64,000 bases of DNA from Yuukianura sp. NJ FZ-2021 (GCA_046563655.1 CM102284.1:1426001-1490000); one strand, 5' to 3'; counted from the first letter of the stretch, positions 51,389-63,143 are shown. Numbers and translations are program-made. The notes: generated by a model from the letters alone, not told the origin.

Positions 51389-52503
51389 ATGGAGACAACA
51401 ACCAATCAGAGACAACTAGTATTCAGTAGAGGACGAGTTTTGCACATACATTCTACGTTGGCACTATTTGCCGACAGTAACGACGTCTCCAATGCAAACT
51501 GGCAGCTCTTCGTGGATGACAGTTCACGAACGATAATTCTTGAATTACTTGTACCAAGCGGGAGAGAGGGTAACGCTAATAAAGGTTTCACAAATTGACT
51601 ATTTTTTGAGTTTTGAAAGTTAATTCTCTTTAATTTTTAGTTTTAGCATTGGATTACACTTTCGGTCTTAATTTGGAAAATTGTATCTACACCTATACGT
51701 TGGACAAAACGAACAAGAGTGTTCGGAAGATTAGGCCGACCTACCATGCTACGATCAGAGCAGTGCGAGACATTGGAGCCATTGAGGATCTTATTCTCGA
51801 CTTGGAGCAAACGCGTAAACGAACCTCACCAACAAATCCTATGTTCAGATTTAGCACCATTAATCTTTTAAAAATTTATTGAACTGCTATTTCAGAATAT
51901 GAACTGCTAAAAAACTTCCTGATTGACTTCAGCCACCAATGCTACATCCACAGCGAGGTAGCACATATTTACAATCATGCTCTATTATTAAATAGCTTTC
52001 GCTATTCGCTTGTGAAGTCAACTTACTGCAGGAGGCTTTAATGGCTAAAATCTAATCAATTCACAGCGTTCACCGCTTAGCACATCGCGACAAGCGAAAC
52101 ATGCTTGAACTTATTATATTACTTATATCTATATTTACTTATCTGTAGCTACAAGAGGCTTTTTATTCATGATGGTTTTTAGGCTGACATGAAAGCGTTC
52201 AGATTGGATTCTTACAATTGGGCAAACCAGCGCCCAGCAACGTGCTTTACGGATGCGCAGGAGAGAGCAGGCGCATCTACAAATGCACAAGCACCGCCGG
52301 CACAAAGAGCGTCTATCGTAGAAGCTAGATGCTCTTCGTCTCCTAACTTCAATGCTGTCAATGTGGATGCTGTCAATGTGGATGCTGTCAATGTGGATGC
52401 TGTCGATGTGGATGCTGTCAATGCGGATGCTGTCAATGTGGATGCTGTCAATGCGGATGAGATGTGGAGCCTATGGACTCGAACATGGAGTTGCCCAATT
52501 TAG
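51389..52503 (+). CDS. Uncharacterised protein family X, copy 3
   Basis: Same four-exon layout; last exon contains (NVDAV)n. Confidence 0.65.
52351..52458. repeat. 15-bp coding tandem repeat (aatgtggatgctgtc) x~7
   Basis: Directly visible; a shorter degenerate version lies at ~49663-49710. Confidence 0.95.
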
Positions 52504-52568
52504 ATGCTCGAGACATAGCCAACATATTAGGCGGTGCCAACTAGGAATATTACGTCTATATTAAGGAT

Positions 52569-52785
52569 TCCTCCGACTCGCACAATGTTCTGCGTATTCT
52601 CTCTCGTCGATTCGAAGTTATGATCAAACCAGGTTACAACTTCTGAAAAATCTGAAAGTTTAAGTGAGCTCAGGTCAAAGGTCAAGCGGAAGTTGTTGTC
52701 TTTAGATCCAAACTATGTCATCCAACGAATTCCGCGTCCAAATACTTTGAATCCATAGAGCAAGGTAGTTCGCAGAGAACATTGA
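52569..52785 (+). pseudogene. 3' fragment of a third roadblock copy
   Basis: Only the end of exon 3 and exon 4 remain; small deletion and TGG>TAG. Confidence 0.85.
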
Positions 52786-53106
52786 CATCAAGCTTCTCCA
52801 ACGCTGAAAAAAGCTAAGACTGGAAAATAAATGGAAGCAAAATTGAATATGCACGTTCAAACAAGCCTAAAAACAAAATCTTTTTTTTAATTCTTTTACT
52901 TCGTCTTGTTGGAAATACATTTCTAAAAAGTTTAGAATTTGGAAAGTAAGATTCGCGTTAAGTTTTACGAAGTTAAGTCGGTAGCCACATCTGCTCAGGA
53001 TTCGTTCCTCGTGTAGAAATTAAAACGTCAAAGGTCAAAGGTAACTTTGAGCGAAAGGTCAAACAAGGTCAAAGCTGAAGATGACCTTTGCCTGACCGTG
53101 GCCATT

Positions 53107-54985
53107 TTAGACAATGTTGTCAGTGAACAAAGACGAAGGTTCCTCCACTTTGGAAGGCGTAAATGTTTGAGATTGCGGGAGATTTGGACTCTGCTCCACC
53201 ACCTTCATAGGAAAAATAATTTTTAGTTGAAATTAATTCAATATTTAACTAATTAGTTATTTAGTCTAAAGTATTTCTATATTATCTTTTTCATCCTGAC
53301 CTTTGACACAAAACCGGAGATCTGACTAATGTAGCCTTTGACTGTCCAAGTGTCATTGTGTGACCCCTGGGGAATTCTCACTAGCTCCTTCCACGGTGCA
53401 GTACAACGTCCGTGGAGCTCAGTCATCATGCGCGGTGGAATAAGGTCATCCTTAAGGCCAGACACAAAGAGTGAAGGGCATGTGACCTTTACAACCTTCT
53501 GGGCACTTTCATACTAAAAAAGATGAAATTTTAAAAATGAGCACAAAATGTTGTTGGAATTGATTAACTTAACTGCAAACGTTGCTTACTCGATTTTTGT
53601 AGCACCAATGAGGCAAGTACCGAACTATTCGAATTGGGAATAAATGCTTGGCAAGACTAGGAATTGATGTGAACGTGTTCTCAACGATGAGAGCCATCAC
53701 ACGATCACGAAAATCACAACGAGAGGCTAAGTCAATGGCGACAGCTCCACCTAATGAAGAATTTACATTTAGTTGCATGTTAGGTTAAAACTTACTTACA
53801 GCTCTCCAGATTCTGCAACGTGTTCAACAAACACATGAAGTATTTTCACTTACCGAGTGACCTCCCAAACAAAATCACTCGATTTGAATCTAAGTCATCG
53901 CGACCTTGAACAAACTTAAATGCTGCCTCAGCATCACGGTAAAACCCGGCTTCTGACGGACTTCCCTACACCCGGGAAAAAAGTCAAAATTCAGAAACGT
54001 TTTCAAAATTGTTTTTCAAAGATTCAACAAATCAAGTGACCGCTAAAATTCTGTGGAGTTCCTTGCCTCAGATAATCCATAACCTCGATACTCCACCAGG
54101 AGAATATTGCAGCGTGTTCTATTGTACAATTGTCGTGCATTTTCCAATCTGAAAGAACAAAAACACAAAGCCCAATTCAATTTAACAAAAAATTGTTATC
54201 CGTTTATGCAGAAAGGAAAGTGTTACCGATGCCCAATGTTTCCAGCGTTTCCGTGAAAGTAGATGATCACAGGAGATGCAGCTGGTTTCCCTTGTTTGAT
54301 GAGGTACGCGTGTAACTTGACTCTATCTGAGGTATGAATGTACACAGTTTCATACGGCAATGAAAGTTGACTCGGTGAGGGCACGTACACACGAGACTCT
54401 GGTGGAGCTTCTGGCTGATATAGCAAAGTGTCAGAAAAATGGTAGCCAAGACCTATTCAAAAAAAAGTATAAAAAATTGATTGATGCAATTACACTAATC
54501 AAATTCTGTGAATTCAGTAGCACCCTGATTTTGCGGCAAGAATTGTGGGGGAATAAACCGTCTAATTATTCTATTGTTGATTGACCGCCGACAATTCGAA
54601 AAGAAGTTCATAGCTGCAGGCGATCTATGGGTTATTCTGGTTCTCTCTTGGCCGCAGCCACCACTTATGTGACTGGAAACTTCATAACGAATTGACAAAG
54701 AAAGAGTGAGAGGCATAACAATGACAGATTCGCGGCAAACGCGGTTGGTTGGCATAGCAACTGAGAATGCTGAACTCTTTCTTTGCTTTATCGTCACAGT
54801 TTCCAATTGAACTTACTGAGCATAGCTATGAGGGCAACGAGGTAGGGCAGCAATCCACCGTAGTACCATGACGCAAAGAAAATGATTATGGCAAAGGACG
54901 AGGCTAGCTTCCATAAATTGGTGAGAAGTTTGAAGATAAGTTTAAACAGTGTCTTAATCAAAGCACGTCCTGTGTGAGATACCAT
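53107..54985 (-). CDS. ABHD13: Alpha/beta hydrolase domain-containing protein 13
   Basis: N-terminal [53 protein letters not shown] and GSHNDTW motifs; start taken as the first in-frame ATG. Confidence 0.93.
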
Positions 54986-56097
54986 TGGAAAGAAGGAAGA
55001 TGTCTTCGGAAACAATTTAGAATCAAGGTTCTCTTCTGAAGAAGTCTTTGCGTCGTCGTCTTTTAGGAATGGCTCTGAAGCTTCAATGGCTTCCTCACGG
55101 TTAGTATCTTCCTAAAAAGATCAAACCAAATTAACATTCTGTTTCGCCTGCAAAGACTTCATACGATTATATTAAACTAACGTTACTCCAACCGCTTCCA
55201 GAAAGTAACCGCGCGAACATGTGTGGCCTTAAGGATCTCGCCGAAAAAGCTCATAAGCTGACTAGATTGATCCTTCTTGTCAACAATACTGTCAAGTCCA
55301 GGTTCGGCCCGAGGTTAATTTTGGTAGTAGGAACAAGAAGCTCTACGAACTCCGTCGTATCCACATTTTCGGCAAAATATGACACCTGTAAAAAATAGAA
55401 ACCCTGATTAAACATTTCAACCAATAGTCATATCACGTAAGAATTTAATTAAGTTATGGAATTAATTTACACGAATTCGAAGTTATGCCACGAATTCCAC
55501 GGACCGAAACCACACCATCAGCCCAAGTCAAATATCGAATACTAACTTCTACACTTACCAAACGTCTCTCACAAAGGAATTAACCAATTACTTTTTAAGT
55601 TAACTTATTCGAATGAATAATCAAACAGCTGATTTAACAGTACAACAACAGAGTAACACTCAAAGATTGGTGGATATTAAGGTTGCCTGGGCCTTATTGT
55701 AGCCGGTGTACTGCATATTTCTTGCGGCTGCAAGGTGTGTCAACGCTTTAGTAAGGACATACGTTGGTATTCCTTCATAATATTGGAACATAATTAGCCG
55801 CATGGAATAGCTGCTACTGAATATAAAACGCACAATTACGATGTAATACTAACAATTATTACGGGTAAACCATACGTCAACCGAGAAATCGGATTGAAAT
55901 GCATCTGACTATTCCTCAGAAAGTACACAACTTTGGATTTTTTGCGCCTGCAGTCGGATTCTAATACTATTCAGACTTTTCGGAGGGTTAGTGGCCAGCT
56001 GTTGTATACATTTGATTACTATTTAGTCGGGTGAGTGCAACGTAAATTAAAAACTTAATTAATTTAACTCGGGTTTAACTGCTTTACCAATTGAACA

Positions 56098-58893
56098 ATG
56101 AGCAAGACCAAGATAAATATTATATCCCTGTGTGGTCTTAGCAATATGCGGCCATCGAAAACTACTTTGCCAGTACCAGCGGATTCGGCGGAATGGAAGT
56201 TGTATATGCAAAAGGCTGAGGATATTTGTTCTGTGAAATCCCGCCTAATCGAGCTGGAGAGTTCAGTGGCTCCAACGTTCCAGAAAGTCAAAGACTTATC
56301 CCGGGCTCAAGTAAGAATTAAGTTGGTGGTTTTCAATTTTTTTCTATTTAGCACAAATTTATAAAGAATCGACGTAACTTGCTGGGAAACGGTTGCTGGC
56401 TTTTTCCTTGCTGCTGAGTGCTGACCATATGCTATCTACTATTACTACTATTGCTTATTGGCTCATGCTTGTTCTGACGAAAGTGTTGCTAGAGAGTTAA
56501 ATTCATTGATTATGTGATTACTTTAGATTTCACAATATCTGAAGTACAAATCGCCTGGAGTGGATCTGGAAGCCGGTAAGTTCACGCTCTTGATGGATTG
56601 GCTAAAAGCGGACTTGCCTGGCCGTTCGTCTTCCGTCTCCGAATTGCTTCAGGAAATAGATCTTCCTGGAATTTTTCAAACGCATCGCCTTGTGATGGAG
56701 AACGAGTTTGAGCATGGGCTCCTATCTGATAATGTAGGCTGCCTCAAGGTGTACATGAATTTGCTCAAACAGCCTCCCACGCCAATGCCCTCGACCAGTA
56801 CTAGAAGTATTCCAAATATTAGTGACACTCCTACAAGACCAACCGTTCAACAAGCCGCCACAAGCTCCCGAGCTGTTAGGACTTCCTCAAGTCCTCCGAA
56901 AAGACAAAAGGCAAATCCTCCATCAACCGGAAGTCAACACGATGTTGTTCCTACGTCAACGCCTGTACTTCCGTCTCAGCCCGAAGGACAACCGCCCCAT
57001 ACTTCTCCTCAACGCCAAGTGAGGAAGCCCCCAAGATCTAATTCAAGTCCGTTAAAAAATAGTCCTTCACGAGTTGCATCTAGACCAACTACAAACAGTC
57101 CATCACCTCGGACACGGAGTCAGGCAGCAACGAACGCAAAGAAGAATTCAAATGAAGCTTCAACTCCTAGAGTATCAAGGCTAAGTGCCTCGTCAAGTTC
57201 CTCTTCTTCGTCAAATTCATCTTCTTCGAGGGACTCATCTTCAGCTTCATCCAGTGCCAGTCCGAGTCCATCGAAAGGAACTCCCACCACCAATACTCCA
57301 AAACCCGGGTAAGTATAACATTTGCAAGTTCATGCCTCATACAAACCCCAACCCCAGCCTGACACTTTCCCAATGTCTGTAATATTTCGTTTCTAATTCC
57401 AGCTCAAACACACTGCCACAATTGGCGAAGAGACGCGGAAGACCGGTCGGAAGACGCGGAATCGGTAGGTCGGGGACCACCCGAAGGGGTGGTCCCCTGC
57501 CGCGGAAGAGGATGCTAGCAGTTCGTTGTTACCAAGTGCCTGCAAAGCGAGCTGCACAACTGAAAAAGCTAGCCTTGGAGGATCAGCGAACTAGTTCTGC
57601 ACAATCATCGTCACCCGAAGTACGAGAAACTCGTGGAAGTCGTAGCAGTGGAGGAGCTAACAACTCGGACGAACAACGTGACTATTTGTTCTATGAGAAT
57701 CAGGAACGACGTGGTCGGTTTCTTTATCGGTTCGACTGGCAGGTAATGTAAAACAATTAATAATTCTGAATCAAGGTTTAATTCCTTACTTCCTTTGGTT
57801 GAAACAGACGAAACAATCGACGCAGCTGTACAAATTTGAAACTCCGCGGGAGTACTCTGCCACTGTTGCAATTGGCAACGAACTGTACGACCTCGGAGGA
57901 ACAGAGGTAAAGTTCAAACCGAAGTTTGGTGACTCCGGGCAGGGGTCAAACTGTGTCGAGATTTTCGGTATTGGAGGAGACCGGTTTCGACGACACGGTC
58001 CACCAATGCTGGAGAAACGGAAGGAATTCCCATCGTGTTTTCTGGATGGCTATCTCTACGTTGTGAGTTTCTCAATCAATTAATTGTTTGTTTTTGTCGT
58101 TTCTTGTCTTATTTTACTTAATTAACACAACACAACTCATATTAAGTTTTTTTTTTTTTAAAAAGATTGGCGGCTGTTTCTCTGACTCTGCAACCAATTG
58201 CTGTGAGAGACTGAATGTATCAGAGCAGGATTCACTTGAGGAATGGGAAAGGCTGCCATTTTTAGTCGAACCGAAGGGTGCACATACTGTGGTGACAGTC
58301 GACGACAAAATTTTTGCAGTGAGTTTACAATATTTTTTTAATTGAGTAATTTAGTTAGCAAAAGTAAAAGTTACCCGACATCACCATTGATTACGTTCTT
58401 CAGATTGGTGGCATTGGGCGTGAAACGTTCAGTTCTGTGGAAATGTATGATGGAGGACCAAGATGGACCCATGCTGCACCACTCACAGATGCAAGAGGAA
58501 GACATGCCTCTGTAGTTCTGGATGGTCAAGTGTTTGTCTGTGGTGGAGAGAATGAGAATGAAGATGCAATTAAGACTTGTGAGCTGTATGATCCTGAGAT
58601 TAATCGCTGGACCTCGCTTCCTTCTATGAATCACGATCGATTGGATTTCAGTAATGAACAATAAAATTCAAAATTCTAAATAAGATTCATGTTTCACTTT
58701 TGATTTTACAGATCTTTCTGTCGTGGGTGGTCGGATTCTGGCTATCGGAGGCACTTCGGATGAAACACCGAAAGAAATTGATGCTTATGATCCGAGAGAA
58801 GGGAGGTGGGAATTGGTTCCTTGGGAAAGGGCACTGCATTCTACTGGCAGTTTTTACAATGCAGTGAGTCTGCGCATGAGAGCTGAAGGCTGA
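56098..58893 (+). CDS. Kelch-repeat protein with partial BACK-like region and long Ser/Pro/Thr-rich linker
   Basis: Kelch GG/Y/W motifs (VFVCGGE...CELYDPEINRW; ILAIGG...YDPREGRW); FTLLMDWLKAD...ELLQEIDL is BACK-like; KRRGRP motif; ~7 exons. Confidence 0.8.
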
Positions 58894-59761
58894 GAGTACT
58901 ATATATACCTTCTGATTTGAGTTCCAGACAGCTTAGCATTGGTAACGTTAAGGACTTTCAGCATTTTTTGAGCGAAGACAATTCAATTGCAAAAAATGGT
59001 GTTAAAATGCTGCTATTAGTTAAGTATTTCAAGGTCGTTCAAAATTTGGAGTCTCCACAACGTTAGAACTACAGCAGAAGGCTGAGGCAGAATCGAATTC
59101 CTTGCATTTTTTTTTTCTAAAAAAGATTTTAGTGGCCTTACATAAAACGTCGTTCAAAAAAAAGACTATAGATTTCAGTGTACTTAAACATACACTTTCT
59201 TCAAAAAATAGTTTAGTTAAACCTGATTAGTTGTTGGTGTATGAGTGAATATTTTAGGTACTTACTGAAATTCCTACTTGATATTTTGGAAACTTTAATA
59301 CTCTGAAGTTTCGAAACTTCTTTGGCGTGTAAGCACGATCTGAAATTTATATAAAATTTAAAAAAAAAACATGTTTGAGGTAAAATATGATATTTTAGGT
59401 AGTTATTTATATTTTTAATAAAATATTTTCAATATTTCACCAGAATGTACACACTCTTGCTGGGGCTTCGCCCCAGACCCGTTCAACGGTACTATTGAGA
59501 ATTTAAAAAGTCTCTTACGACCACTTAAGATCACAGCACCAAAAGATAGAAATTGCGACTTAATAGCTATGTCCCAGAAATGCCTATTAAATATTATAAT
59601 GTATAATATATATGAGAAGTGTTTATTCAGCAAACCATAGTCGAGCGTGTTAAAAGTTAAGCTAGGCAAGGTAAATCGAAGAGTCGTAAGTTAAAGAATA
59701 TTTACAAAATACTTTTTAAATCGGAATTTTAAAAGTCTTTAAGTTTTCCGAAATGCTGACA

Positions 59762-62700
59762 CTAGTCCCTTGCAGTGTTGTTCCAAAGTAAGTCAACGTA
59801 CAACCGAGCGTTGACTTTTCTAAATTTGTGTCCCACGGCCTTCACTGTTTCCTTAACAGAAAATGAAATGTTTTTCATCATACTTTTTCTGTGATTTTCA
59901 GTTTCCTGTTGTTCCTCATCGTGTTTCAACATTTGCAAAAACAGCCACGCGTTCACTTCATCTTGCGTTTTGGGTGACTGGTTAACACTGGTCAAAAATT
60001 CTGTTTCCCATTCAGCCAATGTAACTGGACGTACAGCTTCATCTCCCTCAAAGAAACCTTGAAATCCAACTTCTCTTCCGACCAAGTGGAAAACGCGTAC
60101 CGAACATCTCGATTGCGCAGGCGGGAGTTTGCTCAATTCCACGATTGTCTCTGATACATTAGCATCAACAAAAGGAAGACGCAGATTCACCCAGGGATAC
60201 TTCTGCAGTTTTTTGCAAGTGACGAGGAATCCGGCAATCGCATCTGAGCGATTAACTGCTTTCGTGATGGTATGAGCTCCAATTTGCCCAATTCTGTAAA
60301 TGTAGGCAACCAAACCACGCTCAACTGCTCCCCAAACCAGTTGCTCCGACACCCACTTGGATTGTTCATAGGCATTCATCATGTTTGACGGATTTACTTC
60401 CGGTGGGATTCGATCCTCCGCCGCCTCGTAGATGGCGGAAGACGGATCCACTATGCTATCAAACACTCCAACGGTGGACATGAAGTGCATCTGCTTTGAA
60501 ACTCCTGAAAAGAAAAAAAAATGTAAATTTTTGAGAACGTATAATTTATGCTTTCAAAGAAAAACTGGTATTTTTTCTTTGTTTTAATATCTGTTTGGGC
60601 CAAAGTTTTGAAAAATGCTTCTTCTTCTTTATACCAGTGTCGTCTTTGTCGTGTTTTGAAATATCATTTTGATTTGGTGTCAGTGGCGACGCTAACATTC
60701 AAATTCGCTCTTCTTCTTACCTATTATAGCAAACTGAAGAATGTTTTTGGTCATTTCAACTGTAGTTTCTCGGAGTTGTTCGTAGCTTTTCATGAAGCTG
60801 ACTTCTGCCGCCGAGTGGAAGATGACCTTGACCTCTTGCGCTAACTTCTCATAGGTGACCTTGTCTAATCCGAAATTCGGTTTTGTCAAATCTCCCGCCA
60901 AACAGTGAACCCGTTCTAGTCCAGTCACGAACTGCCTGGAGTCGTTTGAATCCAAAGTGTTCATTAGACGGGTGTTTGCTGCGTCGTCGTTTGGCGCTCT
61001 CACGATCGTAAAAATTTCAGCGTCTTCATAAGCTTTCAGTGCATCCATAAGCAAAAGCGGTCCCAAGAATCCTGTTGTTCCGGTAATCAAAATCGCAGTT
61101 TGTTGGGGCGGGGCTTGAAAGTCTTCCGGAAGTTGAATTTCAGCATTGAAGTTAACCTGAGTAGACTCTTGTATGCCTTTTGCCAGTCCGCTCGGAGACA
61201 GCACATGTGCAAAGTCCTTTAGAACTGGAACTTTCACAAGCAAAAGCGGACTTACGTCCTGTATGTTTGGTTCCAGTTTGCTCAGTTTTTCTAAAACAAT
61301 GAACATCAGAACTGAATTTCCACCGATGTAGAAAAAATTGTCGTTAATCTCGATTTCTTCGGGATCAAGTTTGAGTACTTCTGCCCACACGGAACGGACA
61401 GTCAGGAGCCAATCAGAAACTGGTGCATCCTGTTTCGGTAACAGAGCGACGTGATTGGTCGGATCCTGGATTGTATGTCGTCGATTGGCCAGTATTTCCT
61501 TCAAGTTGGCTCTGTCAATTTTTCCTGATGCAGTTAGTGGCATTTCGTCCAGAAAAATTATGGAGCGTGGAATGGCGTGACGCTGAAGGCGTTCGAGTAA
61601 AAACACGTCCAAAACGGATCGCTCAGGTTCAATTCCACCTTGGTGCAGAGTATAAAATGCAAAAATTTGTTTGTTCGTATCATCTCCACTTGCACTATGC
61701 GCCAATACAACAACTTGGCGAATCCCAGGAAAGCTGCTTAAAGCAGATTCGATTTCTCCGAGTTCGAGTCGAATGCCGTGAACTTTGACCTGGTCGTCTT
61801 CCCGCCCTGTGACAAAAAGTTCACCGTCTTTAGACCAATATCCGCAGTCTCCAGTCTTGTACAAAGGATTGACGTTAGGATCGAATGGATTTGGCGTGAA
61901 TACTTGAGCTGTTAGTTCCGGTTGCCAATAGTAACCATGCATCAGCCCTTCACCAGCTACATAAATGTCGCCAACCACGTCGGGGTCAGTGACCTTTTGA
62001 CCTTGTTCGTCCAGAATGTAAATCAGAACTCCTTTGGCCGGTTTTCCCACACTCGTCGTCACTGCCGTTCCTTTGGATATCCGGCAAACCGCCGCCAAAA
62101 ACATCTCCGTTGAACCATATACATTGTACACCGTGAAATTAGCTTCGTCCATTCTGATTCGTTGTGGATTGAGTCGTGCACCGCCGACAAAAACCCAACG
62201 AAGAGTCGTCATTTTGTCTACATCTTTTGCCATTAGGAGTTCGAGCAGAGGTGTCGGAAAAGCGGCGGCGGTAATACCACGTTCAGTAATCCATGACCGG
62301 TATTGATCGATATCGAGCTTCACTTCTCGTGCCGGTATGACCAGTGTACCGCCTTTTGTGAAAACTGGCCAGATATCGCATAACGACACAATGAAACTTA
62401 TGGAGACTCCCATGGCACTCCGCATATCGCTTGTGAATGTCTCCGGATCTGTTTCTACAAGCGTTTCGATTGCCGCGACAACAGAACTGTGCCGAACTAG
62501 CACAGCCTTCGGGGTTCCTGTCGATCCAGAAGTAAACAAGCAGTAGGCGACGCCTTCCAGCGCTTCAGCGTCTTCTTCATAAATTTCTTCAACGTCTTTG
62601 TTGGTTGCTGGAAAAACAAATGACGTTTAAAAAAATGGTAAGGTTAGGCTAACACTAAAAATTTTTTTGAAAATAATTTTTAAAAAATTTCACACGTTTT

Positions 62701-63143
62701 GGTGACGATGGTATCCCAGCACAACTCATCCATTCCAGATTGTCTTGAGTGAAATGAAGATTTGGATAAGCATGTCCGAATTCAGTGTTCAGAGTGTCCC
62801 ATTTGACTTGTGTCGTTACAACTGGCGGGAAATTGAGCATCTTTAAGCATTTCTGGACTTGGGCGCCAGGGTAGTTGTCATGGAGAACTACAACAATTTT
62901 GTTGACATAGAGCGTTGCCAGGGATGACACTATGTATTTGATCCCTCCAGAAACGAGTGACACCACAAATGGATTCCGAGTGAATCCGAGTTCATATTTT
63001 TTTGCAAATGCTGTCACTTTGTCGTGCAATTCTGCGTAAGTCCAACTCCGATTGAATTCATCTTCCACAGCGATTTTAGACGGAAACGCTTGCACGGTTT
63101 GTTCAAAAATTTCCCAGATCGTAGATTCTTTAACAGTAGTCAT
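59762..63143 (-). CDS. Single-module NRPS-like enzyme: adenylation - thiolation - thioester reductase (A-T-R), ~1025 aa
   Basis: Exons 63143-62696, 62607-60721, 60504-59762 join in frame (3078 nt). A domain: FTSGSTGTPK, NVYGSTE, YKTGD, GREDDQVK..G.RLELGEIE, SGKIDR. T domain: FFYIGGNS. R domain: TGTTGFLG, HSAA, YEQSK. Confidence 0.93.

Noticed and set aside
54495-54806. 103-aa ORF, or RNase P / MRP / telomerase RNA, in the ABHD13 intron
   Set aside because: The ORF has no protein-like features; CR-I/CR-V motifs and a CCUAA template were not found.
59460-59476. GC hairpin ctggggcttcgccccag downstream of the NRPS-like gene, resembling a bacterial terminator relic
   Set aside because: No U-tract, and similar motifs are common in invertebrate repeats; not evidence of HGT.
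43193-63143. Biosynthetic gene cluster of 4CL-like ligase, ABHD13 hydrolase and the A-T-R enzyme
   Set aside because: The genes are separated by unrelated ones, and ABHD13 and 4CL-like genes are ordinary animal genes; nothing in the sequence supports co-function.
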